64,000 nt of DNA from Leucoraja ocellata (taxonomy: Eukaryota), in contig JAWMAR010000471.1 of the NCBI GenBank assembly GCA_036785375.1, positions 744,001-808,000 of the forward strand. The letters are read 5' to 3'. Position numbers and translations under genes: made by a program. Positions 40,061 through 54,186 of the stretch are shown here, in pieces. Each line of letters starts with the position of its first letter. The stretch's first letter is position 1. The notes beneath the pieces were generated by a model. It saw only the letters and a list, made by a program, of their open reading frames with translations, did not search any database and was not told where the DNA came from.

Positions 40061-40369
40061 CACTGCATACACACTTTTTCGCACAGGAAGTGACCGGTAT
40101 ATGGAACGTGCAGCCAGAGGGAGTAGTTGTGGCAGGCACTATGACAGGTACTTTATTGAAAACACATGTGGACAGGTATATGGATACGGAAGGCGTATGA
40201 TACAGACGCGGGAAAATGACACTAGGGGCATCGTGGTCGGCACGAACAAGGGCCCAAAGCGCTGTTACCGTAGGTATCACTCTATGGCTCTCTAACGATG
40301 TATCAAGTGCAAATTCATGGCTTGAAATATTAATATTAGTGGATATATCATGTCAGCTGATGCAATAAA

Positions 40370-41650
40370 TGTAGGTCCCTTACAGTCAGAATTACAGGTG
40401 AATTCATAATGTGAAACAAGGAATTGCAGACCAGTTTAACAGGTACTTACCAAGAAAGGCATAAACAATTTCCCATAAATATTGGAGGACCGAGGATCTA
40501 TCATGTCTGAGGAACTGAAGGAAATTCTCATTAGTCATGAAATGGTGTTGGGTAAAATGTTGGGACTGAAGACAGATATATCCCCAGGTCCTGATGGTCG
40601 GCATCCCAGAGCACCCACGGAGGTGGGCCGAGACATCGTGCTTGCATTGGTGATCAGTTCTTTTGACTCTGAATTAGTTCCTGCGGACTGGAGGGTAGCT
40701 AATCTAATCCCACTTGAGGAAGAGAGAAAACTGAGAACTATAGACCAGTTTGGTTGCCATTGGTAGAGGGAAGGATGCTTGAGCCGATTATTAAAGATGT
40801 AACAGAACCAAATTTGGATAGCAGTGACAGGATCGGTCAGCGTTATCATTGATTTATGAAAGGGAAATCATGCTTGACAAATCTTCGGGATTTTTGAGGA
40901 CGTAGCAAGTATAATGGTTAAGGGAGAACCAGTGGGTGTGGTGTAACTGGACTTTCAAAAAAGCTTTGACAAGGTCCACCACAGGAGATCAGTGTGCAAA
41001 ATTGCAGCACGTTGTACTGTGGGTAGGCTATTGACACGGATAAAGATCTGGTTGGCAGGCAGGAAGCAAGGAGCAGGAAATAACGGGCCTTTTCAGAATG
41101 GCATGCAGTGACCCGTTGGGTGCCGTAAGGCTAAGTCGTGGGACGCCAGTTATTTACAATATATATTAACGATTTAGACGAAGGAATTAAATGCAACATC
41201 TCCATGCTTGCGGATGACACAAAGCTGGGTGGCAGTGTGAGCTGCGAGGAGAATACGATGATGCTGCCTGGTGACTTGATTCGGTGCCTGGGCAGATGCA
41301 AGTAAGTTGCAGTATAATGTGGATAAATGTGAGTTTATGCACATTGGTGGCAAGAACAAGAAGGCAGATTGTTATCTGAATGGTGTAAGATTTGGATAAG
41401 GGGAGTGTTAACGAGACAGTGGTGTCCTTGTACATTAATCACTGAATGTAAACATGCAGGTATAACAGGCAATGAAGAAAGCTAATGGCATATTGGCTTT
41501 CATAGCGAGAGGATGTGTGTAAAGGAGCAAAGCGATCCTGGTGAGACCGCAGTTTTGGTCTCCTTATTTGAGGAGGGGCATTCTTGCTATTGAGGGAGTG
41601 CAGCTTATGTTCACCATCTTAACTCCCGGGATGGCGGGACTGACTTATGA
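40370..41650 (+). mobile_element. Decayed CR1 ORF2 fragment
   Basis: SPGPDG.HPR, DFQKSFDKV, ADDTKLGG remnants with many stops. Confidence 0.78.
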
Positions 41651-42024
41651 CAACTATTCAATATCCTTTCAACATAATTACACAACGTTTCAATTAATAT
41701 TCAAGACAAATACAATTTTGCGAAGGGTTCATAAAGGAAAGGATATTTTCAGTCTACATTAGAATAAAAAAATGGGCGGGTCAATTGCGCTTCATGGTTT
41801 GTAATATTATTGTCATATTGTTGGAAGTAACTGTTGAAATTTAGTGGAAACAGAACAAAGTTTATATCTTAGGGGAAGGAATTTGTGAAATAAAATTCCG
41901 TCAACTCGGCTTTCTCTGTGTCTCTTTCGACAAATGTGAGCGTGGTTGGCAGAGGAGCATTTACTCAACACCTGTATTTGGCTTTGACGCAACGAGTTTC
42001 TGAGTTTTATTTCAAAGTATAACG

Positions 42025-42296
42025 NNNNNNNNNNNNNNNNNNNNNNNNNNNNNNNNNNNNNNNNNNNNNNNNNNNNNNNNNNNNNNNNNNNNNNNNNNNN
42101 NNNNNNNNNNNNNNNNNNNNNNNNNNNNNNNNNNNNNNNNNNNNNNNNNNNNNNNNNNNNNNNNNNNNNNNNNNNNNNNNNNNNNNNNNNNNNNNNNNNN
42201 NNNNNNNNNNNNNNNNNNNNNNNNNNNNNNNNNNNNNNNNNNNNNNNNNNNNNNNNNNNNNNNNNNNNNNNNNNNNNNNNNNNNNNNNNNNNNNNN
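42025..42296. other. Assembly gap (N run)
   Basis: 272 N bases. Confidence 1.
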
Positions 42297-42339
42297 TTCC
42301 CTCGTTGGATCCCATGCGGTATAACATTCCAGAGCATCA

Positions 42340-44345
42340 TAGAAACATAGAAATTAGGTGCAGGAGTAGGCCATTCGGCCCTTCGAGCCTGCACCGCCAT
42401 TCAATATGATCATGGCTGATCATCCAACTCAGTATCCCGTGCCTGCCTTCTCTCCATACCCCCTGATCCCCTTAGCCAAAAGGGCCACATCTAACTCCCT
42501 CTTAAATATAGCCAATGAACTTGCCTCAACTACCCTCTGTGGCAGAGAGTTCCAGAGATTCACCACTCTCTGTGTGAAAAAAGCTCTTCTCATCTCGGTT
42601 TTAAAGGATTTCCCCCTTATCCTTAAGCTGTGACCCCTTGTCCTGGACTTCCCTAACATCGGGAACAATCTTCCTGCATCTAGCCTGTCCAACCCCTTAA
42701 GAATGTTGTAAGTTTCTATAAGATCCCCTCTCAATGTCCTAAATTCTAGAGAGTATAAACCAAGTCTATCCAGTCTTTCTTCATAAGACAGTCCTGACAT
42801 CCCAGGAATCAGTCTGGTGAACCGTATCTGCACTCCCTCTATGGCAATAATGTCATTCCTCAGATTTGGAGACCAAAACTGTACGCAATACTGCAGGTGT
42901 GGTCTCACCAAGACCATGTACAACTGCAGTAGAACCTCCCTGCTCCTATACTCAAATCATTTTGCAATGAAAGCTAACATACCATTCGCTTTCTTTACTG
43001 CCTGCTGCACCTGCATGCCTACCTTCAATGACTGGTGTACCATGACACCAAGGTCTCGCTGCATCTCCCCCTTTCCCAATCGGCCACCATTTAGATAATA
43101 GTCTGCTTTCCCGTTTTTGCCACCAAAATGGATAACCTCACATTTATCCACATTATACTGCATCTGCCAAACATTTTCCCACTCACCCAGCCTATCCAAG
43201 TCACCTTGCAGTCTCCTAGCATCCTCCTCACAGCTAACATTGCCCCCCAGCTTAGTGTCATCCGCAAACTTGGAGATATTGCCTTCAATTCCCTCATCCA
43301 GAACATTAATATATATTGTAAATAGCTGCGGTCCCAGCACTGAGCCTTGCGGTACCCCACTAGTCACTGCCTGCCATTGTGGAGAGGACCCGTTTACTCC
43401 TACTCTTTGCTTCTGTTTGCCAGCCAGTTCTCTATCCACATCAATACTGAACCCCCAATGCCTTGTGCTTTAAGTTTGTATACTAATCTCTTATGTGGGA
43501 CCTTGTCGAAAGCCTTCTGGAAGTCCAGATACACCACATCCACTGGTTCTCCCGTATCCACGCTACTAGTTACATCCTCGAAAAATTCTATAAGATTCGT
43601 CAGACATGATTTACCTTTCGTAAATCCATGCTGACTTTGTCCAATGATTTCACCACTTTCCAAATGTGCTGCTATCCCATCTTTAATAACTGACTCTAGC
43701 AGTTTCCCCACTACCGATGTTAGACTAACTGCTCTGTAATTCCCCATTTTCTCTCTCCCTCCCTTCTTAAAAGTGGGGTTACGTTTGCTACCCGCCAATC
43801 TTCAGAAACTACTCCAGAATCTAAAGAGTTTTGAAAGATTATTACTAATGCACCACTATTTCTGGGGCTACTTCCTTAAGTACTCTGGGATGCAGCCTAT
43901 CTGGCCCTGGGGATTTGTCGGCCTTTAATCCGTTCAATTTACCCAACACCAATTCCCGGCTAACCTGGATTTCACTCAATTCCTCCAACTCCTTTGACCC
44001 GCGGTCCCCTGCTATTTCCGGCAAATTATTTATGTCTTCCTTAGTGAAGACGGAACCAAAGTAGTTATTCAATTGGTCCGCCATATCCTTGTTCCCCATG
44101 ATCAACCCGCCTGTTTCTGACTGCAAGGGACCTACATTTGTTTTAACTAATCTCTTTCTTTTCACATATCTATAAAAACGTTTGCAGTCAGTTTTTATGT
44201 TCCCTGCCAGTTTTCTTTCATAATCTATTTTCCCTTTCCTAATTAAGCCCTTTGTCCTCCTCTGCTGGTCTTTGAATTTCTCCCAGTCCTCCGGTATGCT
44301 GCTTTTTCTGACTAATTTGTACGCATCATCCTTCGCCTTGATACT
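42340..44345 (-). mobile_element. CR1 ORF2 3' half, relatively young
   Basis: [41 protein letters not shown] and 3' tail. Confidence 0.9.
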
Positions 44346-44774
44346 CCCAAGCGCAGCCTTGTCGAGTTATTGCTGAAGTCCATTTTGTACAACATCTACG
44401 ACCTTTTCATCATTCTTGGTCAATCTTCAAAAAACTCAATCAGATTTGTGAGACACGACCTTCCACGTACAACACCCTGCTGGTTATCCCTAATCTGACC
44501 TTGCCCATCGAAGTTAATGTATATCGCATACCTCAGAATACTCTCTAGTAACGTTCCAACTGCAGATGTTCAGCTCCACACTCGAAACATATAAATATTC
44601 GGATTTGATCTCTTAAAAACGTTTAAATATTTGATTAATATGAAGAATGTGTCGATTTAGCAGAAATCAGACATCAAAGCCTCTTGCTTAATGCTGAGAG
44701 GTGGGCCTCTCAAGTGCACAATCGCGTAACTACAGCGCTTCGTATATGTCGCAACGACAACTGACATCTACGAC

Positions 44775-44952
44775 AGATGGCGCAATGGGCTAAGTGTTCG
44801 GCTGGCGACCGGAAGGTAGCCGCTTCGAATCCTGCTTGGAGTGCATACTGTCGTTGTGTCCTTGGGGCAAGACACTTCACCCACCTTTGCCTGTGTGTAA
44901 ATGTAATGTAATTATGTGAAGCACTTTGGGGTCAATGCAAGTTGACTAAAAA
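44775..44952 (+). mobile_element. tRNA-derived SINE with CORE-like segment
   Basis: A-box-like TGGCGCAATGG, B-box-like TTCGAATCC, then GTCCTTGGGGCAAGACACTTCACCC. Confidence 0.55.
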
Positions 44953-45086
44953 NNNNNNNNNNNNNNNNNNNNNNNNNNNNNNNNNNNNNNNNNNNNNNNN
45001 NNNNNNNNNNNNNNNNNNNNNNNNNNNNNNNNNNNNNNNNNNNNNNNNNNNNNNNNNNNNNNNNNNNNNNNNNNNNNNNNNNNNNN
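44953..45086. other. Assembly gap (N run)
   Basis: 134 N bases. Confidence 1.
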
Positions 45087-46374
45087 GTCGAAGGCTTATT
45101 GTTAAGCAGAATATTCAACGAATATTTGAAAGAGCAGTCGTGCGTTTTTAAACCGCTCGTATCCTAATATATACCTGAAATCGGACAATCCATGATCAGT
45201 CTTTGCTGGCTTTACATTGCACTAAACATAATTCCCTTAGCATCTATATGTACACTGTACATAGCGCGATCGTAATCACGTCTTGCCTTTCTGCCGACTG
45301 GTCAGCACGCAACAAAAGCGTTTCATTGTACCTGCTTTCACGTGGCGATAAACTAAACTAACTGAATGAAAAAAAGTGCATTGTCAAATGGTACATTGAT
45401 TCCGAGAAGCACTCGAGCCCATAAAACACCCCATGCACTGCCTCTACATTCATCTCCCCCCCCCACCCCCCCCCCCCCCCCCCCCGTCCCCACACCCGCT
45501 GTTCATGATGAAACCGCGCAGAACTCATATTCATTTTGAGCAATGTTGCTGATGCCGTCCATGTTATCATATTCACCCATCGCATCGGCTTCACGGCCGC
45601 AGAGTGAGTGGGTGATGAATGTCAGGAAAGATCCCAGAATTATGACATTCCACGCAAACACATTTAATGCGCATATCACTTCCTGCGATATCCTTTTCAA
45701 TATATATAGCTATAGTAGTTACTGTTCTTTGCATGGACATCGCAAATTCGCTTTAAATGCCTCTGCTGCAAAGTTAATGCGTTAGCTAGGCTGTGGGCCG
45801 AGGAGCCTTTTCGTTCACTTTCATGACCCAACTCATGGAACTACCAGATTGTGTAAAAATACTATGTAAATCATACCTGGAATTCGTCAAAATGAAAACC
45901 TGCACATTAAAATAAAACATGAGAAAAACCTCCAGTTTTCCGAGTAGTAATTGTCCAATCAATGCACGTTTGACATTGAGGTCGGACGCAAATTGACTAA
46001 TCCCGCGCTTTGTTTTATGGTCGCTTGTCAGCCAGGACCCTGGGATCATGGCTGCCTCCTAACAATAGCAAGGTTTCCAATGAATAAAGGTAATGCTAAC
46101 CTTGCTGATCATGTTGTTTTTCAATTGATTTATCTTTATAAAGTTATGATGCGAAATGTTAAATACAAATGATAAATAACAAATGTATAGCTAGGGTTAA
46201 GGTAAGGATTGGATTCAGTCAGTCAGTTAGCCGGCCTTCCGCTCAGTCAGAAGGTCAGACAGTCAGTCGCTCAGTGTGTCGATCGGCCTGTCGGTAGGCC
46301 GATGGATGCTGTGGAGGATCGGTCGAGCTGTCAGGCCGCCGGGCCGCCGGGTCGACGGTGGGTGCTCAAAGTAG

Positions 46375-46447
46375 TTGGACGGCCGGTGGGTGTTCGGACG
46401 GCCGGTGGGTGTTCGGACGGCCGGTGGGTGTTCGGACGGCCGGGTGG
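46375..46447. repeat. Short GC-rich minisatellite (GTTCGGACGGCCGGTGGGT, about 3.5 units)
   Basis: Directly visible tandem 19-mers. Confidence 0.9.
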
Positions 46448-46887
46448 TGGTGCGAGTGATCAGTCGGGCTGTCGATAGGTCGGCATTCCAGCGAGCGAGC
46501 GGGCGGACTGACGGAGGGGGAATGCTGAAGGCGGCACGGGCGGCGTGCAGGGCAGTGCTGCTCCCCACCGTCATCACCATGATGATCCGGAAGGGCGTGC
46601 TGGCCGAGGTGGACGCGGTGCGGGGGCACGAGTACGAAGCCCGCAGCCGGTCCCAAAGCGGCTCCAGCTCCAGCCGTGGACAGGTGTGTAAGGGGGCGAG
46701 TTAGGGTTAGGTTTAGGCATTTTCATGTCAGTGGAAGACGCCTTAGCCTTCCCGGAGTCTGGCACTGCCCCAGTCCCATAATGGCCTTGACCCTATTTAA
46801 AAATGTTAATCATTTATTAAGAAATGGATAGATGTTTAGATCTAGTAATTGAAGTTTGAAATTAGCTACACTTGGGTAACTAACTAA

Positions 46888-49800
46888 TTTTACTTCGGAG
46901 TCACGTGAGTGATTCCGTGAAGAAGCCCGTCCCAGGACGCGTTGCGGCATTATTACGTTTCAGCAGGCCAAGCGGCAGCGCGGGAGACAGGGCTCCCGCA
47001 GAAACAAGAAAAACTAAAGTTTAGGTAAGTACTTACCTTTACTTTACAGCCTTTGCGTCTGCTTGTTTCCCTGCAGGGCATGCAAGCGGCCCCTTGAACT
47101 CCGGGAGGAGTTTTCCGTTGTCGGGAGGGGAGGACGCAACAAGGACTCACCGGCGAACCATGGTGCGGGTGCCGGTAACTGTCCACAGGACAGCGGCGCG
47201 GGGCTAGCACTGCGCTGGGGGTTCCCCTCAGTCCTCGCTCGCCCTCAAGGACTGTCCAGGTGAGGCAGGCAGGCGGGCGGGAGGAGGCTTCCGACTTTTG
47301 CGGAGCCGTTAAGGGGACCCACTGTGCAGTGCTGCCGTGAGTGCGCTGCAGCCCGAGTGCAGCAGCCCGAGAACAGAGAGATAGAGAGGGGGAGGACCGC
47401 TAATCAGCGCCCCGCTCCCGACTCTGCACCAAGCCCGTCAGCATCAGCTGCGGGCTGGGAGGGAAATGCTGCACCTGCCCGACGAAAGGACGTTTTTTGG
47501 GCAGCAACAGGGGGTGGGACCGCTTAGCGGGCGGTCCACAAACCCGACAACGGGACCGAGCCAGCCCGCTAGCGCCTGAGCAGCGGGCTGGATGTGTGTA
47601 AAACCCGGCGGTGGAGGAGAGAGACAGCCAACATCGGACTGGGACGTCTCTCCACCCAGGAGGGGGAGAGACAGCCGCCTGAACTGCAGGAGCAGCTCTT
47701 GGGCATTCCAAAGGTACGTTTGCAGTTGTGTTTTTATTACAGAGTTCAGGAACACAACGCAAAACTCGCAAAGAGGAACTGCCCCGCTCCAACTCTACCA
47801 GCAGGGCAGCAACCGGCGGCAGCGTCGCTCGCAGAGCGTTTTCGCTATCCCTGAGACCGAGCCAAGCCAGTCTCGCCATAGCCTGCACGGCGGACTGGGA
47901 AAGGGGCTAGGAAGCCAAACGGCCGGTCGTCTCCGACTCGTCGGAGGGGGAAATGTCCACCCCAAAGCGGGGGAGAGACAGCCGCCTAAGCTGCATCCAG
48001 CAGCTATTGGAGGGGATGGTCTACCGAGAGCAGCAGCGCTCTCGGACAGACAGGACAGGCGCCCCCTCCATGGTGCTGAGTCCGGCACCTCCCTTTGCGA
48101 CCTCGGACCAGGAATGGGAGGTTAGCATCGGTGACCAGGGCAGGGCTGGTCTGAGCATGGGGCAGGCGGAAGGAGTCGAAAGAGAGCAGGGTGTTCAGGA
48201 AGAGCTGCTGGGGGTCGTAAGCCGATTTGTCGCTACCCCAAAGGTTGGAGCGCCGCTGGAGCCAAGGATGGCTGCCAGCATTAACCATCTCTCCAACAAG
48301 CCACTTCAGGAGAAGGTGCTCGCCCAAGTGCTTGAGGAGCACACAGCCCCGGACAATTGTGAGGCTCTTAAAGTAAAGAGCCTCAATCCTCAAATCTGGG
48401 GCAATGTGGGGGGACCAATTCGGGCACAGGAAGTCAAGCTTCAGCGCATACTTCGCCTCCTCACGGCGGCAATAACAGCCTATGCGCGGGGTGTCGAGAC
48501 AGAAAAGACGTCCTTGCACTAATGCGCACAACCCAATACGAGCTAAATAAATCTACGAAGAGAGAACATCAGGCCGGCCCTCAATCCAAGTTTGCAGGGT
48601 TATGCAAAGTTCCAACAGTCGAGACCGACTCTTTCTTATTTGGGAAGGACCTGAATAAACAGCTAAAAGAGATGGATGAGGCGTCCAAGACCTTTAGCCT
48701 CATGAGGGCAGTACCGGCGACGAACATACCAAAGCTTTTCATTCCACCCAGGCGGCAGCACACCACTGTATCTACCAGTCGGCGTCCCGAATATGCGACT
48801 GGTCAAAGCTTGGGGCCGCACTATCCCCAGAGACCTTTTTTAGGTCAGGGCCCGCAGCGGACCCCCTGGAAAATGCGCCTCCCCCCAACATCGCCAGCAC
48901 GTCGACAGAGAAGAACATTGAAAAAGAAAAACCACAACCCCGCCAATAACCATGGAGGTAGGTGGGTCTGGTTTCTACCAGCAAATAGAGCGCTTTCTTG
49001 GACTATCTTGGCTTTCATATTCATTCAGTCCACGTAACTTTAATGTTGCCAAGAGACAACATAGTTGAATTGGCACAAACAAGGAACAAATTAATGGTCA
49101 AACTACCAACTACTCGACAAATAACAGAGTAATTGGGGGGAAAATGGTACCATTTTCTGTCTACATGATTCAGATGTTAGTATCAAAAACAACATATAGG
49201 TTGTCATTGAGCATCTCATGAAGTTACCCACTGAAATAATATCAGAAAGACAGTGGTGGGGTTACCACTTATACTGGGCATTAAGTATCTAAAAAATGCT
49301 CGGGTGAAATTTATGAGTTTAAGCACTTGCATGTATGGGTATAAATAAGACTACACTATGGAGGTGGCCTATATTAACCATATGGCAGCATAAATTCGGT
49401 ATCATATGACAAGTTGGTCAAAACAATTTGGCAATGGTATATCCATAGAGGTATTGGACTATCAACAACTTACCTGCCTGGTAAGCAAAATACAGTGACA
49501 GACACCAGGTCACATAAAATTAAGGACAACATCAATTAGATGTTTTCATATAAAGTTTAACAAAACTATCAAGCTATACGATGCAACAGATATTAATGCA
49601 TTTCATTGTCTCTGTACTGCACACTGACAATGACAATTAAAATGGAATGTGAATCTGATATCGATTATTTGCATCAATGCTATATCACCAGGGGTTCGGG
49701 GATGTCCTATGTATGTCGCTGGGGAAACCAGACCCTGGGGCAGTGGAATCCTCATATATATAAATGTTTTTTTCTTTGGGACAGATAGTTCCAGCGGAAA

Positions 49801-51558
49801 GCTTGTAAGCTATATATATTAACTTTTCTGACCTATAGGTCATGTTGTCATTCAACAATGTATTTATAATATTGATAGACAAATGCGTTCACGTTGCATT
49901 GGTGAAATTAATTCTATGTATTTTTCCCTTCTGCCTCACAAATCGAGAACAACGCACAGTACAAAAGGATTCTGTTTCAGAACTTACGCTATGACATGAT
50001 TGTTGGAACTTGGATGGTGTTTTTCCAGTACCCAGGATTATTATCAATCGGAGCCGGGCACAAATCAACTGTGCCATGAGAAAATAAGCTCCTGAGCTGC
50101 AGATTCTGCGCAAGCCTCTGGGACTGGGATTGTTATTCTGAACAATCAACACCACGTCAGCATCCTTTTGAACATTCACTGGACTACAACACTTGTCCAG
50201 CATCAAGAGAAGTGCTGCAGGGATACAGGGAAAACCTACTCATCCGATACAGGTACTACAAACTGGAATTCCTGGAAAACCGTCATCACGATGAAGGATT
50301 CGGCTACAGTACCATCAACACAGCTAGAATTGCCCTGACTGTTCTTTTTCAAAACAGCTTCAGGACAACAGGTATGGGGTCACTGGCTGGTGGTAAATTT
50401 GAAGGGTATTAAAATTCTAAAACCCTAGACCAAGTACACCCACATGTGGGATGTCACAATGGTTAACCATACTTCAGGGGATACTCACCAGCCAGAGCCC
50501 TAAACCTGAACCTTCTATGCACTAAAAACATATGTTGAAGGCACACTGAGCAGCACAGAGGGTCCAGTCACTACTCCTATTTCAACTGGACACCATGCTC
50601 ACAGCTTCAGACCAGATATCGATCATTTGTCCAGGGAATGGTCAAACCAGACCAGGAATACCTTATCCAGTCATAAAACCCGGGCTTACCCGCCAGAAAA
50701 CACGGTAATGTACCAAGACCCTTTTTTACCTTACATAGACACAACCTAATTATGCGAGGGAGATGAAAAGCCTTGTGGGTTGGTCACAAAAAACCTTGTG
50801 GTCGGGTAACAAGCCTTTTTTGAAATGGCTCAAGCAGGTTAAAGCTCCTGGGATAAAACTAACATGTCAAAGTTGTCATCCCACAGGAGAAGCTTCCACG
50901 TCAACGGCAAAAGAATGGACGTACCTATAAACCACATCCTGGCTCCAGCAGAATAGTGGGGGTAAAACGTTCAGAGAAATAATTTATTATAAACTGTTGA
51001 CAAAACCTGTTTTTTCATTTGCAGGAAAGATTCCAATCTGCAAATATTCAAATTAGCCAAAGGGAGCATTTAAATTTCTTCAGTGTCTATTGTAAAATAC
51101 CATTGGGTTTTCTATAACAGAATCATTGGTTGGTTACGATACACACTTCCTCCCTCAAAGACTTCGGCAGTGAGTGTAGTATAACTGTTACACGGTTTGA
51201 AATCACAGAGCTTTGAAATCTTCACGGAATCACTCACGTGACTCCGAAGTAAAATAGTAAGATTAAACGAGAACTTACCAGTTTGAAGTTTGATCTGTAT
51301 TTTATGAGGAGTTACGATGAGGGTTTACGTGCCCTCCGCTCCCACCCTCGTTACATGGATCAAACTGATAATTGATGTATCTTTATTCTTTACTATGTTA
51401 CTTCAAATACTTGTGTCTATCTGTGATTCCACACCGCTGCTTTGAAGTATGCCGCAACGCGTCCTGGGACGGGCTTCTTCACGTAAACCCTCATCGTAAC
51501 TCCTCATAAAATACAGATCAAACTTCAAACTGGTAAGTTCTCGTTTAATCTTACTATT
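46888..51558 (+). mobile_element. Second DIRS1-type element with decayed ORFs and intact termini/ICR
   Basis: Starts TTTTACTTCGGAGTCACGTGAG; ICR ~51220-51332; 3' ITR plus extension ends CTTACTATT. Broken gag at 47953-48950 and heavily deleted or mutated pol and YR remnants. Confidence 0.9.
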
Positions 51559-53175
51559 ATATGTTTTAATTTCAGGTCATCCAAGTAAGATTATTTTATA
51601 TTTGTTTCAGAATGGTTCAATCTACGATAACTGAACATTTCATTCAGTTCTCTTAATTTTTAAGAAGAATTTTGACAGCACACGATCACAGCTTTTTTGT
51701 CTTGTCCATAGAAAATCAATAGGGAACAAGATGCTAATTTCCGAGTATGAAAATGGCCATAACGTTTTAAATACTTGAGATATGAAAGTGAATTAGGTGT
51801 CAAATTAAACTTATTTTTATGCTTTATCTGATGGGATAAATTACAAACTTGATTTTTTAAATCTCAAAATTGTGTAACATTGCTACAATGAGCCGTCTGC
51901 AGGGGAACCACACAGAAGAAGCTCTCGATCCTGAGAACAAAGCTTTTGAGCTTCACCCTCTTCGTGATGCTTACGATTAGAACGGTGAAAGATGCTTGCG
52001 ACGTAATCGCTCAGAACTGATATAGGTTTTAAACAATGATTCTGGTACCGCCACTTTAGTTACTTCACACTACACCTTGGTAGATCTGTAGCGCCTGCGC
52101 CAAAGACCCTATAGTGGTGCAAGATAGGCCACTCCTGCGAAATGCAATGGGCTGACGTGTAGTACGCTACGGAGAGGAGCGTGGGCTTTTTTCCGTCCAT
52201 TTCAGTAACCGGACCCGACCCGACTCGCAGTGTAATCAACGTTGCGGGGTAACAGTTTGTGTGTGTGTGATATAGAGTTAGATTCATAATTCTGTTAATT
52301 CTTGTTAAATAATATAATTTGACTCTGGTATTTTTTTAATGCGTTTTAAATCATTTCTTTTAATGGACCATAAGCTGTTTTTGAGTTGATTTTGTAGTAA
52401 CCGGAAGCTACCCGACCTTTGGTCTGCGCTGCAGCAATGGAGATGGGACATTAATGCAAAGCGATTGTGGGTCTCTGGCAAACCACGCAGACGAACTGAC
52501 TTTACCGCCCTGTATGAATAATATCCACTACCTTTGGCTGGATCCGGTGCAGAGTGAGTAATGTTAATGAAAACAGGAAGACTCTGTAAGTAACAATGAG
52601 GCTACTGTAAGTAGAATGAACATTCAGTGCGAGAAGCAAAAATAAAATGGAAGTTCCATTAAAATGAATGTTGCAGCAATAATAGTGAGATTAAACGAGT
52701 ACTTACCAGTACGAAGTTTGATCTGTATTTTATGAGGAGTTACGATGAGGGATTACGTGAAGAACCCACCCAGCGCGCAGGCGCGGCATACTTCCAAGCA
52801 GCGGTGTGGAATCACAGATAGACACAAATTGAAGTAAAGATAGTAAAGATTAATGAGACATCAGTCCGAGTTTGATCTATACAATGAGGGTGGGAGCGGA
52901 GGGCACGTAATCCCTCATCGTAACTCCTCATAAAATACAGATCAAACTTCGTACTGGTAAGTACTCGTTTAATCTCACTATTTTACTTCGGAGTCACGTG
53001 AGTGACTACGTGAAGACTTCAAAGGTCTGTGATTTCAAACCGTGTAACAGTTATATCACTCACTGCCGAAAGATCATCGAGGGAGGAAGTGGTATCTAAA
53101 GACCAACAAGTTTGTTAGTTTTAAAAAACAAATGTTTATTAACAGCAACAAAAAATAGCTCCCCTGGGCTTTAAA

Positions 53176-54186
53176 TTATAAATTTGCGGTTTCTAAAATT
53201 CTCTCCGCAAAGACGTCCTTCTCCATCAGCTGTTTTCGGTAGAATTTTTGGAATGTCGATTCCCTTGACCATCCCGCTGCACTGAGGATGTGGTCTAGGG
53301 GAACCTGCAGCCGATCCGCCGCTGAGGTGGACGCTGCCCTGGTTGAATGGGATTTAAAAACATCTGTGTTAATCCCTGCCATATTAAGGACCTGTTTCAA
53401 CCATCTGGATATTGTCTGGCTGGTAACCCGTCCAAAAGGCCTTTTATGGCTGACCCATAAGGCTTTTTCTCTCCCTCTAAGAGTTTGGGTTGTGTCTATG
53501 TAATGATAAAGGTGGGTCACCACACACAGCCTAGGTTCTGGAGGGTATGCCCGGAAGATCAACGGGGAGTTGGATGTACCTGGTCTGCTCTGTTTGACCA
53601 ACCCCGGCATGGTAAAAGTAATGGTATCTGGGGTGGTCACCATGTGGTCCAGACTTAACTGATGCAGCGACTGAACCCTCTGAGCAGAGACAAGCGCCAT
53701 GAGCATGAGGGTCTTGTAAGTGGACTGTTCCAGGCTCAGGGATCCCACCGGAGGCCAACCTCGAAGGTGTGACAATACTACACTAACATCCCACACTTGG
53801 GTGTATCTAGGTGTAGGGGGTTTGGTGTTATAAATCCCTTTAAGGAGTTTGATAACCAGAGGGTGGGATCCAACACTATGCTGTCCTATGGGCATAAGGT
53901 ATGCGGACAGGGCGCTCCGAGCTGCATTGATGGCACTGTAGCTCATCTTTAGGTCATGGTGCAGGTGGGCCAGGAACTCCAGCACATCCGAGATCGAAGC
54001 CGTCTTGTAAGATGTCCCTGCTTCCAGACAGTACTGTTCCCATTTCCTGATGTAGGTCAGGTACTGTTTCTTGGTGGAAACTCGCAGGGATGCCGACATG
54101 GTGGTGATTGTTCTCTCTGATAACCCCAATCCCCGGTAAGGTCTGTTCAGAATCTGGAAACCAGGAGGTTCAATTTTTGGTGGCAT
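53176..54186 (-). CDS. DIRS tyrosine recombinase
   Basis: SAQRV, HSTR and AAGWS..TFQKFY catalytic motifs of the lambda-integrase superfamily. Confidence 0.92.
   Translation of the reverse strand: MPPKIEPPGFQILNRPYRGLGLSERTITTMSASLRVSTKKQYLTYIRKWEQYCLEAGTSYKTASISDVLEFLAHLHHDLKMSYSAINAARSALSAYLMPIGQHSVGSHPLVIKLLKGIYNTKPPTPRYTQVWDVSVVLSHLRGWPPVGSLSLEQSTYKTLMLMALVSAQRVQSLHQLSLDHMVTTPDTITFTMPGLVKQSRPGTSNSPLIFRAYPPEPRLCVVTHLYHYIDTTQTLRGREKALWVSHKRPFGRVTSQTISRWLKQVLNMAGINTDVFKSHSTRAASTSAADRLQVPLDHILSAAGWSRESTFQKFYRKQLMEKDVFAERILETANL

Noticed and set aside
41813-42400. Long ORFs spanning N runs (also 44912-45151)
   Set aside because: Artefacts of assembly gaps.
44775-44840. tRNA gene
   Set aside because: A/B boxes run into a SINE core sequence and no convincing cloverleaf forms.
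46375-46447. CRISPR-like repeat
   Set aside because: Head-to-tail tandem units with no spacers in eukaryotic DNA.
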